A stretch of 64,000 bases of DNA from Psammoneis japonica (lineage: Eukaryota). Positions 11,101-19,666 of this stretch are shown here, one piece after another. Position numbers and translations under genes: made by a program. The notes under the pieces are model-generated. The model did not search any database. It was not told where the DNA came from and saw nothing but the letters and a program-made list of their open reading frames with translations. Location: positions 620,001-684,000 of the forward strand of contig QPGO01000003.1 of NCBI GenBank assembly GCA_008632985.1. Reading direction: 5' to 3'. Within the stretch, counting starts at the first letter, position 1, and each line of letters opens with the position of its first letter.

Positions 11101-12423
11101 AGTAGTGTGCCTTCGAGCTCGCCAAGCAGCGCGCCGTCGGGAGTTCCGTCTGATGCACCTAGCCAGGAACCGTCTTCTGCACCCAGTGAAATACCTTCCA
11201 GTGAGCCTAGCCTGTTGCCCAGTAGTGCTCCGAGTGACACGCCATCAGCAATGCCTAGTGTTGAGCCTTCAAGCATGCCGAGCGAAGTTCCGTCGAGCGT
11301 TCCATCGACGACTCCAAGTAATGTCCCGTCGAGTGCTCCATCTATTGTCCCCAGCCAGACTCCGTCGCAGTCGCCTAGTACAATTCCTTCGAGCTCACCG
11401 AGCAACGTACCTTCGGGGGTTCCGTCTGATGCACCTAGCCTGGCACCATCTTCTGCACCCAGTGACGTGCCATCTAGCCCACCAAGCAGCATCCCGTCAA
11501 GTGCTCCATCCAATGCACCAAGCAACACACCGTCGCAGTCACCGAGTGACGTTCCGTCGGGAGTTCCGTCCGATTCACCAAGTAACGTCCCGTCTAGTGC
11601 TCCTTCTAGCATGCCCAGCCAAAGTCCGTCGCAGTCACTTTTTCCATCGAGCATGCCAAGCTCCTCTCCAACAACATGCGCCACGACATTTGATGCCGAC
11701 GGCTTGCTCGTAACGTGCAGCCAAGACAGTGACTGCGGCGGACGCCCGAGTGACGGTGCGGGAGCAACTTGCGACCCAAGCTCCTGCAATTGTATCTGCG
11801 ATTCAGACTTTTGCTTGTCCAAAAAGAACAACCAAGGCGAAGGTTGCATCTTTGCCTGCGACTGCTCGGGTGCGTGCAATACAACTACTGCAAATTGTGA
11901 CAACGCCTGCGACTCGTGTGTCGTCGACTCTGATTGTAATGCCAGTGAAGATTGTATCCAAGGTGAATGTCAGGCTAACGGACTATGCACTGAAAAGAAA
12001 AAGACTCTGTGCGATACAGTGTATGCGGTTGTCAGTGCCAGAACCAATAAGCGAGGCAAATGCTGTCCTGAAACCAGTGGATGTGTCAAGGTCTCACTTG
12101 GAGCGATCGAAACTTCGACATGCGGTACCAAATGCGGGACAAGCTGCCTTGAAGCGGACCAAAACACCCCACCGCACCCATCAACGTATTGCGCCTTTGG
12201 AGACAATGTTGAGAATCTGCCATTTTGTCCCGTTGTTGCAAATACCACGGTTGGTGGCATTTACACTTGCGACTCAATGGGTGACGACTTTTGTTGCACC
12301 GGCACGGCGGGCGGTGGCACTTTCAATTGCAGTTCTACTAACTATGGACCAACGTCCGCCCCTGTTTGTGTCAATCCTCCCAGAAGCCCTTCTAACAGCG
12401 GTTTGGTACCGAACTGTTCCTAA
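2146..12423 (+). CDS. Giant secreted Pro/Ser-rich (mucin-like) repeat protein with a basic K/R/G/P N-terminal domain and Cys-rich C-terminus; probable extracellular matrix, cell-wall or adhesion protein
   Basis: Single ORF. The ATG at 2146 begins a signal peptide (MRFVTLVLIPALMACSVLG), followed by a KGKG/RRPPK-rich segment, about 9 kb of PSxxPS repeats and about 250 aa of Cys-rich sequence. Confidence 0.85.
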   Translation: MRFVTLVLIPALMACSVLGSAHNNIMNRGKVGRGNTRKKKKPANRRRPKPAVSKGRTGGRIKAPPPSKWGWGGKNKPPRPNPLQGKPKGKGGKGKKRRPKRGPPKRRPPKRGPPKNAKGKGKGKGKGKFLRPARLTWRPKQTPSLRPSTRLPDPGDPTIGPSLPPSSAPNEVPSEVPTAMPTRLLPDPGYPSATPSSAPTDEPTETPSGKPSAMPTRLLPDPGDPSAAPSGTPTDEPTEMPSEKPSAMPTRLLPDPGDPSAAPSGTPTDETTETPSEKPSAMPTRLLPDPGDPSAAPSSTPTDEPSEVPSEKPSATPTRLLPDPGSPSGAPSSAPSDEPSGVPHDVSSDKPSQSPTLSNPSYAPSEVPSEKPSAMPTRLLPDPGDPSAAPSSTPTDEPSEVPSSRPSESLTDAPSKVPSAVPIDVPSHAPSQSPSGMSYAPSSQPSESPTSGSSATPSAAPSGTPTSTPIEAPSDVPSSTPSGVPSNVSSYEPSQTPSQSPSAIISTLPSDVPSQTPSQSPTSRMSNAPSSQPSKAPSDVPNTAPSGAPSGIPTRTLSDTKSSSPSDTPSGAPSDAPSQPPTYNISDAPSSQPSEAPSNVPSIVLSAAPSGTPSSTPSIIPSSFPPTAPNLDQSQTPSATPSTSPSATTSYEPSDAPSQSPTSTASDVPSRLPSGAPAGTPSSSPSDIPSALPSETPSQAPSLVPSEALSGKPSKSPSSAPSEMPSAVPSVNPTSTPSEVPSRVPSMTPSEVLSSAPSDQPSETPSQSPSNMPSTSPSKVPTGVPSQAPSSVPSEVPSRKPSTSPSGAPSEMPSAVPSVDPTGIPSNVPSNVPSIAPSNVPSSYPSNQPSESPSIMPSSSPSNIPSGVPTNAPSQKPSSVPSEAPSGKPSMSPSGTPSELPSEVPSVDPTSIPSDVPSSVPSKTPSDVPSRAPTDQPSESPSQSPSSMPSGTPSETPSQEPSSAPSDMPSDQPSMSPSVAPSEMPSAVPSDNPTSVPSNAPSSIPSMTPSDVPSSAPSEQPSETPSQSPSSMPSSSPSNVPSGVPSDEPSQAPSFVPSDAPSSQPSMSPSGAPSDMPSAMPSVEPSSMPSDVPSMPPSDVPSSAPSDQPSDTPSQSPSSVPSSSPSSMPSGVPSDVPSQAPSSAPSGAPSSQPSMSPSGAPSDMPSAMPSVEPSSMPSDVPSMTPSNVPSSVPSDQPSDTPSQSPSSVPSSSPSGAPSGVPSDAPSQAPSSAPSDEPSSQPSMSPSSAPSDMPSAMPSVEPSTMPSEVPSMAPSNVPSSVPSDQPSDAPSQSPSSAPSSSPSGTPSGVPSDAPSQAPSSVPSDVPSSQPSMTPSSAPSDMPSAMPSIEPSSMPSKVPSSVPSMPPSDVPSSAPSDQPSDTPSQSPSSVPSSSPSGVPSGVPSDAPSQAPSSAPSDVPSSQPSVTPSSAPSDMPSAMPSVQPSSMPSDVPSMTPSNVPSSVPSDQPSDAPSQSPSSAPSSSPSGTPSGVPSDAPSQAPSSVPSDVPSSQPSVTPSSAPSDMPSAMPSVQPSSMPSDVPSMTPSNVPSSVPSDQPSDTPSQSPSSVPSSSPSGTPSGVPSDAPSQAPSSVPSDVPSSQPSVTPSSAPSDMPSAMPSVQPSSMPSDVPSMTPSNVPSSVPSDQPSDAPSQSPSSVPSSSPSGTPSGVPSDAPSQAPSSVPSDVPSSQPSVTPSSAPSDMPSAMPSVRPSSMPSDIPSMTPSNVPSSVPSDQPSDTPSQSPSSVPSSSPSSVPSVVPSDAPSQAPSSVPSDVPSSQPSMTPSSAPSDMPSAMPSIEPSSMPSKVPSSVPSMPPSDVPSSAPSDQPSDTPSQSPSSVPSSSPSGVPSGVPSDAPSQAPSSAPSDVPSSQPSVSPSSAPSDMPSAMPSVEPSSMPSEVPSMTPSGVPSSVPSDQPSDAPSQSPSSVPSSSPSSMPSGAPSDAPSQAPSSVPSDVPSSQPSVSPSSAPSDMPSAMPSVEPSSMPSDVPSMPPSDVPSSAPSDQPSDTPSQSPSSVPSSSPSGVPSGVPSDAPSQAPSSAPSDVPSSQPSVSPSSAPSDMPSAMPSVEPSSMPSDVPSSFPSMTPSDVPSSVPSDQPSDTPSQSPSSVPSSSPSGAPSGVPSDAPSQAPSSVPSDVPSSQPSMTPSSAPSDMPSAMPSVEPSSMPSDVPSMPPSDVPSSAPSDQPSDTPSQSPSSVPSSSPSSMPSGVPSDAPSQAPSSAPSDAPSSQPSMSPSGAPSDMPSAMPSVEPSSMPSEVPSMTPSSVPSSVPSDQPSDTPSQSPSSVPSSSPSGAPSGVPSDEPSQAPSSAPSDEPSSQPSMSPSSAPSDMPSAMPSVEPSTMPSEVPSMAPSNVPSSVPSDQPSDAPSQSPSSAPSSSPSGAPSGVPSDAPSQAPSSVPSDVPSSQPSVKPSSAPSDMPSAMPSVQPSSMPSDVPSMTPSNVPSSVPSDQPSDTPSQSPSSVPSSSPSSLPSVVPSDAPSQAPSSVPSDVPSSQPSMTPSSAPSDMPSAMPSIEPSSMPSEVPSSVPSMPPSDVPSSAPSDQPSDTPSQSPSSVPSSSPSGVPSGVPSDAPSQAPSSVPSDVPSSQPSVSPSSAPSDMPSAMPSVEPSSMPSEVPSMTPSGVPSSVPSDQPSDAPSQSPSSVPSSSPSSMPSGVPSDVPSQAPSSAPSDAPSSQPSMSPSGAPSDMPSAMPSVEPSSMPSDVPSMTPSNVPSSVPSDQPSDTPSQSPSSVPSSSPSGAPSGVPSDAPSQAPSSAPSDVPSSQPSMTPSSAPSDMPSAMPSVEPSSMPSDVPSMPPSDVPSSAPSDQPSDTPSQSPSSVPSSSPSSMPSGVPSDVPSQAPSSAPSDAPSSQPSMSPSGAPSDMPSAMPSVEPSSMPSDVPSSFPSMTPSNVPSSVPSDQPSDTPSQSPSSVPSSSPSSMPSGAPSDTPSQEPSSVPSDVPSSQPSVSPSSAPSDMPSAMPSVEPSSVPSEVPSMTPSSVPSSVPSDQPSDTPSQSPSSVPSSSPSSAPSGVPSDAPSQEPSSAPSEIPSSEPSLLPSSAPSDTPSAMPSVEPSSMPSEVPSSVPSTTPSNVPSSAPSIVPSQTPSQSPSTIPSSSPSNVPSGVPSDAPSLAPSSAPSDVPSSPPSSIPSSAPSNAPSNTPSQSPSDVPSGVPSDSPSNVPSSAPSSMPSQSPSQSLFPSSMPSSSPTTCATTFDADGLLVTCSQDSDCGGRPSDGAGATCDPSSCNCICDSDFCLSKKNNQGEGCIFACDCSGACNTTTANCDNACDSCVVDSDCNASEDCIQGECQANGLCTEKKKTLCDTVYAVVSARTNKRGKCCPETSGCVKVSLGAIETSTCGTKCGTSCLEADQNTPPHPSTYCAFGDNVENLPFCPVVANTTVGGIYTCDSMGDDFCCTGTAGGGTFNCSSTNYGPTSAPVCVNPPRSPSNSGLVPNCS
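2680..3345 (+). repeat. Coding tandem repeat, 102-nt (34-aa) unit PTRLLPDPGDPSAAPS..., about 6 copies
   Basis: The anchor gccatgccgact recurs at about 2680, 2782, 2884 and 2986, as a variant at 3088, and again at 3265. Confidence 0.9.
5197..11340 (+). repeat. Coding higher-order tandem repeat: 264-nt (88-aa) unit with 276-nt variants, built from 12-nt PSxx subunits
   Basis: The anchor tctgatcagccc occurs at 5461, 5725, 5989, 6265, 6529 ... 10801, 11065 (22 copies), always spaced 264 or 276 nt. Confidence 0.95.
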
Positions 12424-14909
12424 CCAGCGCCGTCGGAAGCCCCCTCAACCACTCCAACGACACAACCGACGACTTGAAAGCTGCAAGAATAATGTTTTGA
12501 TTCTTGTTTACAAAACAAGTGCAACGGCTCCGTACACGTTCCCTCCATACCTGCATCATAGACCAACTCCCTTTGAATGCAAAAAATGCAATCTCGGCTG
12601 CATCAAGAAATGCCGTAAAAAATCGCCAACGCCATCCTTCCAATGTCGAAATGACCAATGATGCTGGTTCAGCAAAAAATGTCTTGGTGTCACTTCATTG
12701 CTTGTGGTTGTTGGGAGAAGGTGCCAACCATGTTTGCTTCAAAATCACCTGAGATGTGAAAATCATGAAGGACATGGTTGCACAGTCCACAAGCACCCAT
12801 TTAGCACCACCACAACGCATGTTTGTGGCTCAAGTGTTGTTCTCTTGAGTTGCGATTAAAAAAATTCTAAATTGCGCCTAAGATGAACATTGAGACATTC
12901 AATTAAGTTTCGAATGAGCACTTTCTGAAATGTGCCTAGCATAGACATTTGTAGTCACACATGTAAAGAAGAAATGGAAAACAACAAATAATGCTAATCA
13001 TTTTGCTTGAGAGAAATTTTTGTGGCAATAGACTGGAAAGATTTTGAGGTGGTCCTGACTTTCAAACATTTTCGAAATAGAATGGAACAACACTTTTCAG
13101 AAAGACTTCTGCGGCTCATGGGATGCTGCCATATTTCTCTCCTACCTAAGGGTTGTCGGTCGCTACTCTTGCTACCTCAAATTCAGCCAAGTAGCACACA
13201 ATTTTCATTTTTCTTCAGATTTTTGCCGTGGTGAAAATAATACGGTGAGTCATCAAACACATGTCAGATCCCTAAGAGTCCAATCAATAATAGTTGTGCT
13301 TGATCCATCTTGGCACAACAGCAGATGGAAATCAGAGACAAAAGCAACGTAAGGAAACAGCAATTTTGTGATCATAGAATTCCAGCTCTCAAGACGGAGT
13401 TAGCGCAACATTCTTTCTTCTCCTATTTGTTATGGACACTGCCATTTTGTTGCAATAAGTTGCGTACCGGTCCGAACGTGTTTTTCTTATTCAATAGGAG
13501 TAGAAATTCAAAGGTGAAATCACGTGAGAAAATTTTGGTCTTACTACCGATACTATCTTTTTTTGGCGCGAACTAGCGATAGAAAGACCAAAACATACGG
13601 AGCTTTACCCTACGTAAAGGATAAATTTTAGTGTTGACTTTTCCTTTACAAATGACTACATTTTCAAAGATATGTTTCTTAAAAGAACAATTTCGTATTG
13701 AAGCATGTCCAAATTAAATACGAAACGATAGTGCTCATGCCACTAGTGTCGAACAGAAGTTAAAAAGGGGCAAAGCATCGCTAATAATCGCCAGTTTCTA
13801 CGTAGATCTCCGAATATGTTTGTCTGTCTATCGCCAGTTTGCGCCAGCATTTAGGGGAATGAACGTGTAGGCTAATAAAGTCTGAATCCTAAGTGATCAA
13901 TCATCTGAGATGAAGCAACAATGTCTACTCCATTTGTAGAGCAACAAGAGACAACAACCAAGCACATAACAGCTTGTAGACACAGTCATTGAAGAGACGG
14001 ACTAATTGAATAGGAGATTAACGCGTATATAAAAACATAATTTTCTTATGTGATTTTAGATCTTCATTTCCATTGAATACAAAAAACACGTTCGGGAGGA
14101 AACTGTAAATCATTGTCAGAGTTGGTGTCTTCCATGCTGTACCCCAGTCTGTCTTCCATGCTGTACCCCAGTCTGTCAATGGTTGAGAAGTTTTTTTTAA
14201 GGATGACCTCGCAGACCCCATAACCCATATATCGATCGAAAGCTCGTGACGAGCTGAATAAGGTCCAACGCATGTTGTATCGGTCGGGGTGACTGGAAAG
14301 CGAATATTTTTCGTTGAAAACTTGTGAGTTACTTTTAAGAAAAAATAACTGTTATGTTCGATTATCCTTAATTAACTTTTTATGTTTATATTACATTATT
14401 AATTGTATAATAAATATGACATTTAATCCGGAGTTCGGAAAGGTCATACAGATTTGGATACTATATAGATTACTTAGGGACAGCTTGTTTCTAGACTTTG
14501 CTATTGTTCTGGAGCCTCCACAATGGCCGATTTTCGATAAGTGTTTCAGTATCGAGATTTTTGAAGAGCAAAAAAAGTTCGCTCCCATTGACAGACCATC
14601 GGTAGCCATAGGCTGTTCCTTAGGGCCAGAGTCTCTACCCAAAATGTCTAACATAGGCATAGATTCTGTATGAACCATCGAGGAGAGGCCTTTAAAGGCT
14701 TACTTTAATGACAATAACGGATAAAAGTAACAAGCATAGCTATTGCTCCTTGAAAGGCTGTCCATCAAGGACCGTGGGGCAACACCAGAAGCCAATCACA
14801 TTATTTAAATTACTTTCGTTTGGGGAGGTATCTACTGTAGAGAGCTACCTTACCCACTTGCATACCTCGATTCAGATTTCCAATATTTGCTATGTGTTTA
14901 CAGAGATTC

Positions 14910-15420
14910 TCATTTTTCATGTTGTGCCGCAGCCATTCTTCATCAAAAACCAAAGGCAGCTTTTCCTTCTTTTTTTGCGAAACGTCTAACTTAGGCACAT
15001 TTTCAGTAAATAACCATATCATCATTTTTTGCCTCGTAGTGCCCTTCTCTTTTTTAGATGTGAGGGCGTAAGTGTAAAGCTCAGTACCATCTTTCTTCGA
15101 AAGATTTTTAGGCGTCAAAAGATTTTGGCTTCTCCTTCTTTTCTGCGACATGTCTAACTTAGGCATATTTTCAGTGAATAGCTTATCATCATTATTTTGC
15201 CTCGTGTTGCCCTTCTCTTTTTAGCTGTGAGGGTGTCAGTGTAAAGCTCTTTTTTCGAAAGAGTTCAATTTAAAAAGTGTTTTTGATTTCCTTCTCTTTT
15301 ATGTGAAATGTCTGACTTAAGGCACGTTGTCAGTAAATCATGTCATCATCATTTTTTGCAGTACCTCCTGCTGCCCTTTTCTTTTCTAGCTGAGAGGGTT
15401 AAAGTGTGCTGCTCTTGCAG
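14910..15420. repeat. Degenerate tandem repeat of about 160-175 bp (about 3 units), with further copies at 16925-16980 and 17345-17600
   Basis: The motifs gtctaacttaggca and gctgtgagggt recur, and catgttgtg-cgcagccattctt-aaaggcagctttt is shared between 14918 and 16932. Confidence 0.75.
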
Positions 15421-17660
15421 CAACAAGTGGTATAGGATTATGTTATGGACGAGAGAACTGGTACCTTTTTATTCCAGTAAATTTTCTGAACAAGTTCGCT
15501 TCCAGAACAACTCATGGGTTCGGGAGTGCGATGAGGATAGCACAGGGTCCACGATGCCTCCGTTCTGACGATATCTGTTTTTACTCCAGTGACCTTTCCC
15601 GATCAAGATGACTTCCGGAACAAATCGTGGGTACGGAGTGCGATAAAAAGCCTGTGATAGTGTTAGGACTTTAACTCTGTACTTAGTTTAATTGTGAGCT
15701 TCTGTTGATTTATCACTACAAACATGTCAGAAGAAAAACTGACTTGATCCAGGCATGGATCGCTTTGAGACCCGTCGCAGTCGTGGAAATTAGGGTGTAA
15801 TTCGGGATGTAATTTGGGGGTGTAAAAACGCGCATCGCGCAAATTTACACCCCAAAGTTACACCCGATTTTCGCACGAGTACGAGAGGGTGAAATTCGAT
15901 GTCTGTAATTCTGCGAGAAATGATGAGTTCATTGAATATATACTCCTGAAAAAATGTTGATAACTAAACAGGAATAACTCTATATCTCTAATGTTAATCA
16001 ACTTACAATGGCGTTCGGCGGCTCCGTTGCGACCTAAAGCATGCCAAATCATTGTTCTGACAAGTCTAGTCCATTAACAGTAACGTGAATAACATTATAT
16101 GTTACTATTGTATCCATAGGCAAGGTATCAACTACCATATGACGTGTTTTTCTTCTGAAATGGCATGAACTTGCCTTCTCATCGTTTTTCTTTTCGTAAG
16201 TGCCCGTAATTTTTCATACGAAAACAGACTCATCATCGTCCATGACGGCAAGATGTTTGTTGCCGTCATGGACGATGAGTTACAGGCAAAAATTAAACAC
16301 GACTGCGATGGGTCTGAATCTGTGACAAGCTGCCTCTGTATTCAGGATTTGAGTTCACCGGAACAGGACTGGGAGATGTAGGCACGGCTTGCTTCAGAAA
16401 GAGGTCGAGCGTCGGCCTGTCAAACGTGTTGCTCTTGTTTGAGCAAATAATCAACACCAGCTTGTTGCGGTCTGTGTGGACATGTCAGCAAAGCCATGCC
16501 AAACAGAATAGGTGGTAACAGCACCGTTTCGAACACGTCTCACTTTCCAAGGAAGTCGTCCACTTCGTTCGTTTGCAATCAACAGAATATGCATACCTTA
16601 GCGCAGGTCTTGTCATACGTCAGAGCTTCTTGAACTGGTTGAAGCACATTGTCTGCCATGAATACCAGGTTCATCCGAATCAAGGACGCATTGGAAATCT
16701 CAATGTGGGGCTACTTGATCATCGACTATCCCGCTGTCGCAGAAACAAAATGAATCTTTTCTAGTTGATCCCTGGCTCCTGGGGTCCCGCCCAATCAAAA
16801 TGAATCTTTTCTATTTGATCTCTGGCTACTGGGGTCCTGCCCATGTCAAATGCTACCATGTCATCGTAGACCGTAGCATCTTCCACTGAAAACATGTAAG
16901 CGTGTCACAATTTTTAGAGTTTCTTTTATTTCATGTTGTGACGCAGCCATTCTTCGTCAAAAAGCCAAAGGCAGCTTTTGCAAGCTTACAAATGCTCGTC
17001 TTGGTGACTCCTCTCGACGAAATGTTCCACAGATGTCAATAAAGAGTTGCGCAACGTGCCGATTCTCATTGCCGCAACGGGTATTTTCTGGCATTTTTCC
17101 AAACAACTGAAGGAGACGATGACAAACACTTTTTCTTTGGAACCAAGATTTATGGGAGTAACACCAACATGAGTTTGCTGGATGAGTTTGCCAGCAATGG
17201 GAGGAAACAGCCCGCATCTCCACAGTGTGCACTTCAGAGACCTTTCTCAAACAAGATGGCTTCCAGAACGACTCATGGGCATCGGAGAGCAATGAGTAGA
17301 GCCCATGGTGGCAGGGCGCAGTTTCAGGTGTGACAATGGAAACAGCAGCACCTTTTTTCAAAAGATTTTAGACGTCAAAAGTGTTTTTGGCTTTCCTTCT
17401 CTTTTTTTGTGAAAAATGTCTAACTTAGGCGCATTTTCACTTAAATGAGCTTGTCATCTTTTTTTTTTGCAGCACCTCGCTCTGCCCTCTTCATTTTCAG
17501 CTGTGAGGGTTGAAGTGTGCTGCTCTTTTTTCGCATGATTTTTACGCGTCGAAAGTGTTTTTGGCTTTCCTTCTTTTTTGCAAAATGTCCAACTTTAAAA
17601 AAATCATAGAGGTGGAACAGAAGTGAGATAGTGAGACCGAAGACTGGTTTGGCACATTTT

Positions 17661-17978
17661 CAGCAAATGATCTCATCATTGTCATTTTTTGCAGTGCTGT
17701 TGCAAACAATGAGTCAGAGTTCCACAAAATGTTGGACAAGCCCGACAACAAGAACAAACCTTTGTCTCCAGCAGTCTGACATCAATTTTGCTGTGTCTTG
17801 TTGGAGGGAGACATTGACTCAGCAAATGATCTCATCATTGTCATTTTTTGCAGTGTTGTTGCAAACAATGAGTCAGAGTTCCACAAAATGTTGAACAAGC
17901 CCGACAACAAGAACAAACCTTTGTCTCCAGCAGTCTGACATCACTTTTGCCGTGTCTTGCAGGAGGGAGACATTGACT
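17661..17978. repeat. Tandem duplication, 159 bp x2
   Basis: cagcaaatgatctcatcattg...gagggagacattgact at 17661-17819 and 17820-17978. Confidence 0.9.
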
Positions 17979-18596
17979 GCTTTCTCATGGGTCTTTTCAA
18001 TGGAGAGGCTTTCTGACGTTTAAGTTGCTGTCAACACACAAAAAACAAAAGAAAAACCTTGCTTCCAAGGGAGTCTTGCACGAAAGACTGGCTGGTTTCA
18101 TGTTTGCATGTGCCGGAACAAAAACAAACCATTTGCCACTCACAGCAGCAAGGTGGGCAGGCCAGCAGGGAAAAGAGGGGGGGGGGGGTGTTCACTCAGC
18201 AGGACTTGCAGGTGTGAAACAGGGAGCCTGGATGACATGACAAGAAGGACGTGGAAAGAAGTGTCGTTTTCATGCAAAATTGACACCGAATCTTGCATGG
18301 AAGTGCCAATCTGAGCAGCAAATGGAGGTCAAGTGAAGGTGATGGTTTGTCCAAATGAACACTCGCAAGCACCACAGCAGGGGCAGAACTTTCACCACAT
18401 GAGGTGAAGGACTTGAGCAGCCAGTGTGGGAGAAAAATGGCGATGGTTTGTCCAAATGAACACTCGCAAGCACCACAGCAGAGGGGCAGAACTTTCACCA
18501 CATGAGGTGAAGAATTTGAGCAGCCAGTGTGGGAGAAAAAGAAACAGTTGTGGGCTGACGGGCATGGATGGAAGTTGTTGGCTTCGAAGACGTTGT

Positions 18597-19666
18597 GATC
18601 ATCGGCGGGTGTTTCTTGAGTGCGCAGAATTTGCGCCAAATTCCTGTGCACTGCAGAAAATGCACCAAATGTGCAAAAAATCACCGAATGAGACAACAAG
18701 CGTGTGAGCCATGAGGCGTCGACGCCAGTCGTTTTCCACTGAATTTTGTTGTCCACAATGCTGAAAAAGGGTGCACCAGTGGGGCAGAAGTGGCCAAAAG
18801 GGTGTTGGGGGGGGGCCAGCAAAATGCTGTCTGAAAAGGGCGACATTGGGTGAGAGCACGCACAGAAACACACGCAGGGGCTGCAGGTGGGTGGCTGACA
18901 TCAGGAAGCAAGTTGCTGCCAACACAACAGTGGCCAGAGAGGATGCTTCACATGATGGCATCTGTTGGATGAGGAGAACGGCTTTGCCAATGATTCTTCC
19001 TCTGTTCATTTGAACAGGGAGGACACACCAACCGCAACCAACTTCAAAGCCCAGGAGTCAAAGTCATCTTCCCAGCGGATCTCACGGCACCTTGGAAAAA
19101 AGAGTTGAGCCAGCATTGGATGAGTCTGCCAAAGATCATCGGTGGGTGCTTCTGAAGTGTGCAGAATTTGCGCCAGATCCTGTGCAGAAAATGCACCGAA
19201 GCTGCAAAAAAATCACCGAGTGAGACAACAAGCATGCGAGCCATGAGGTGTCCATGACCAGCAGTTTTCCGCTGAAAGTTGTTGTGCGTCATGCTGAAAC
19301 AAGGGTGCACCAATGGCAGAAGTGGCCAAAAGGGTGTCGGGGGACTGGGGGACCCAGTGAAATGCCATCTGAAAAGGGCGACATGAGCAGGAGAGCACGC
19401 ACAGAAACACAGGCAGGAACTGCTGGTGGGTGGCTGACGTCGGGAAGCAAGTTGCTGCCAACACAGCAGTGGCCAGAGAGGATGCTTCATGTCTGTTGGA
19501 TGAGGACAATGGCTTTGCCAAAGACTCTTCCTCTGTTCATTTGAGCAGGGAGGACATGCCAGCCGCAACCAACTTCAAAGCCCAGGAGTCAAAGTCATCT
19601 TCCCAGCGGATCTCCTGGCACCCATTGGAAAAAAGAGTTGAACTGGCAGTGGATGAGTCTGCCAAA
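18597..19666. repeat. Diverged tandem duplication of about 535 bp x2 in a TpA-depleted block
   Basis: gatcatcgg...ggatgagtctgccaaag at 18597-19133 and 19134-19666. A 97-bp tandem pair lies just upstream at about 18340-18540. Confidence 0.85.

Noticed and set aside
2609..11713. Alternate-frame ORFs over the Pro/Ser array, and the array as a CRISPR-like locus
   Set aside because: These are shadows of the coding repeat, and there are no unique spacers.
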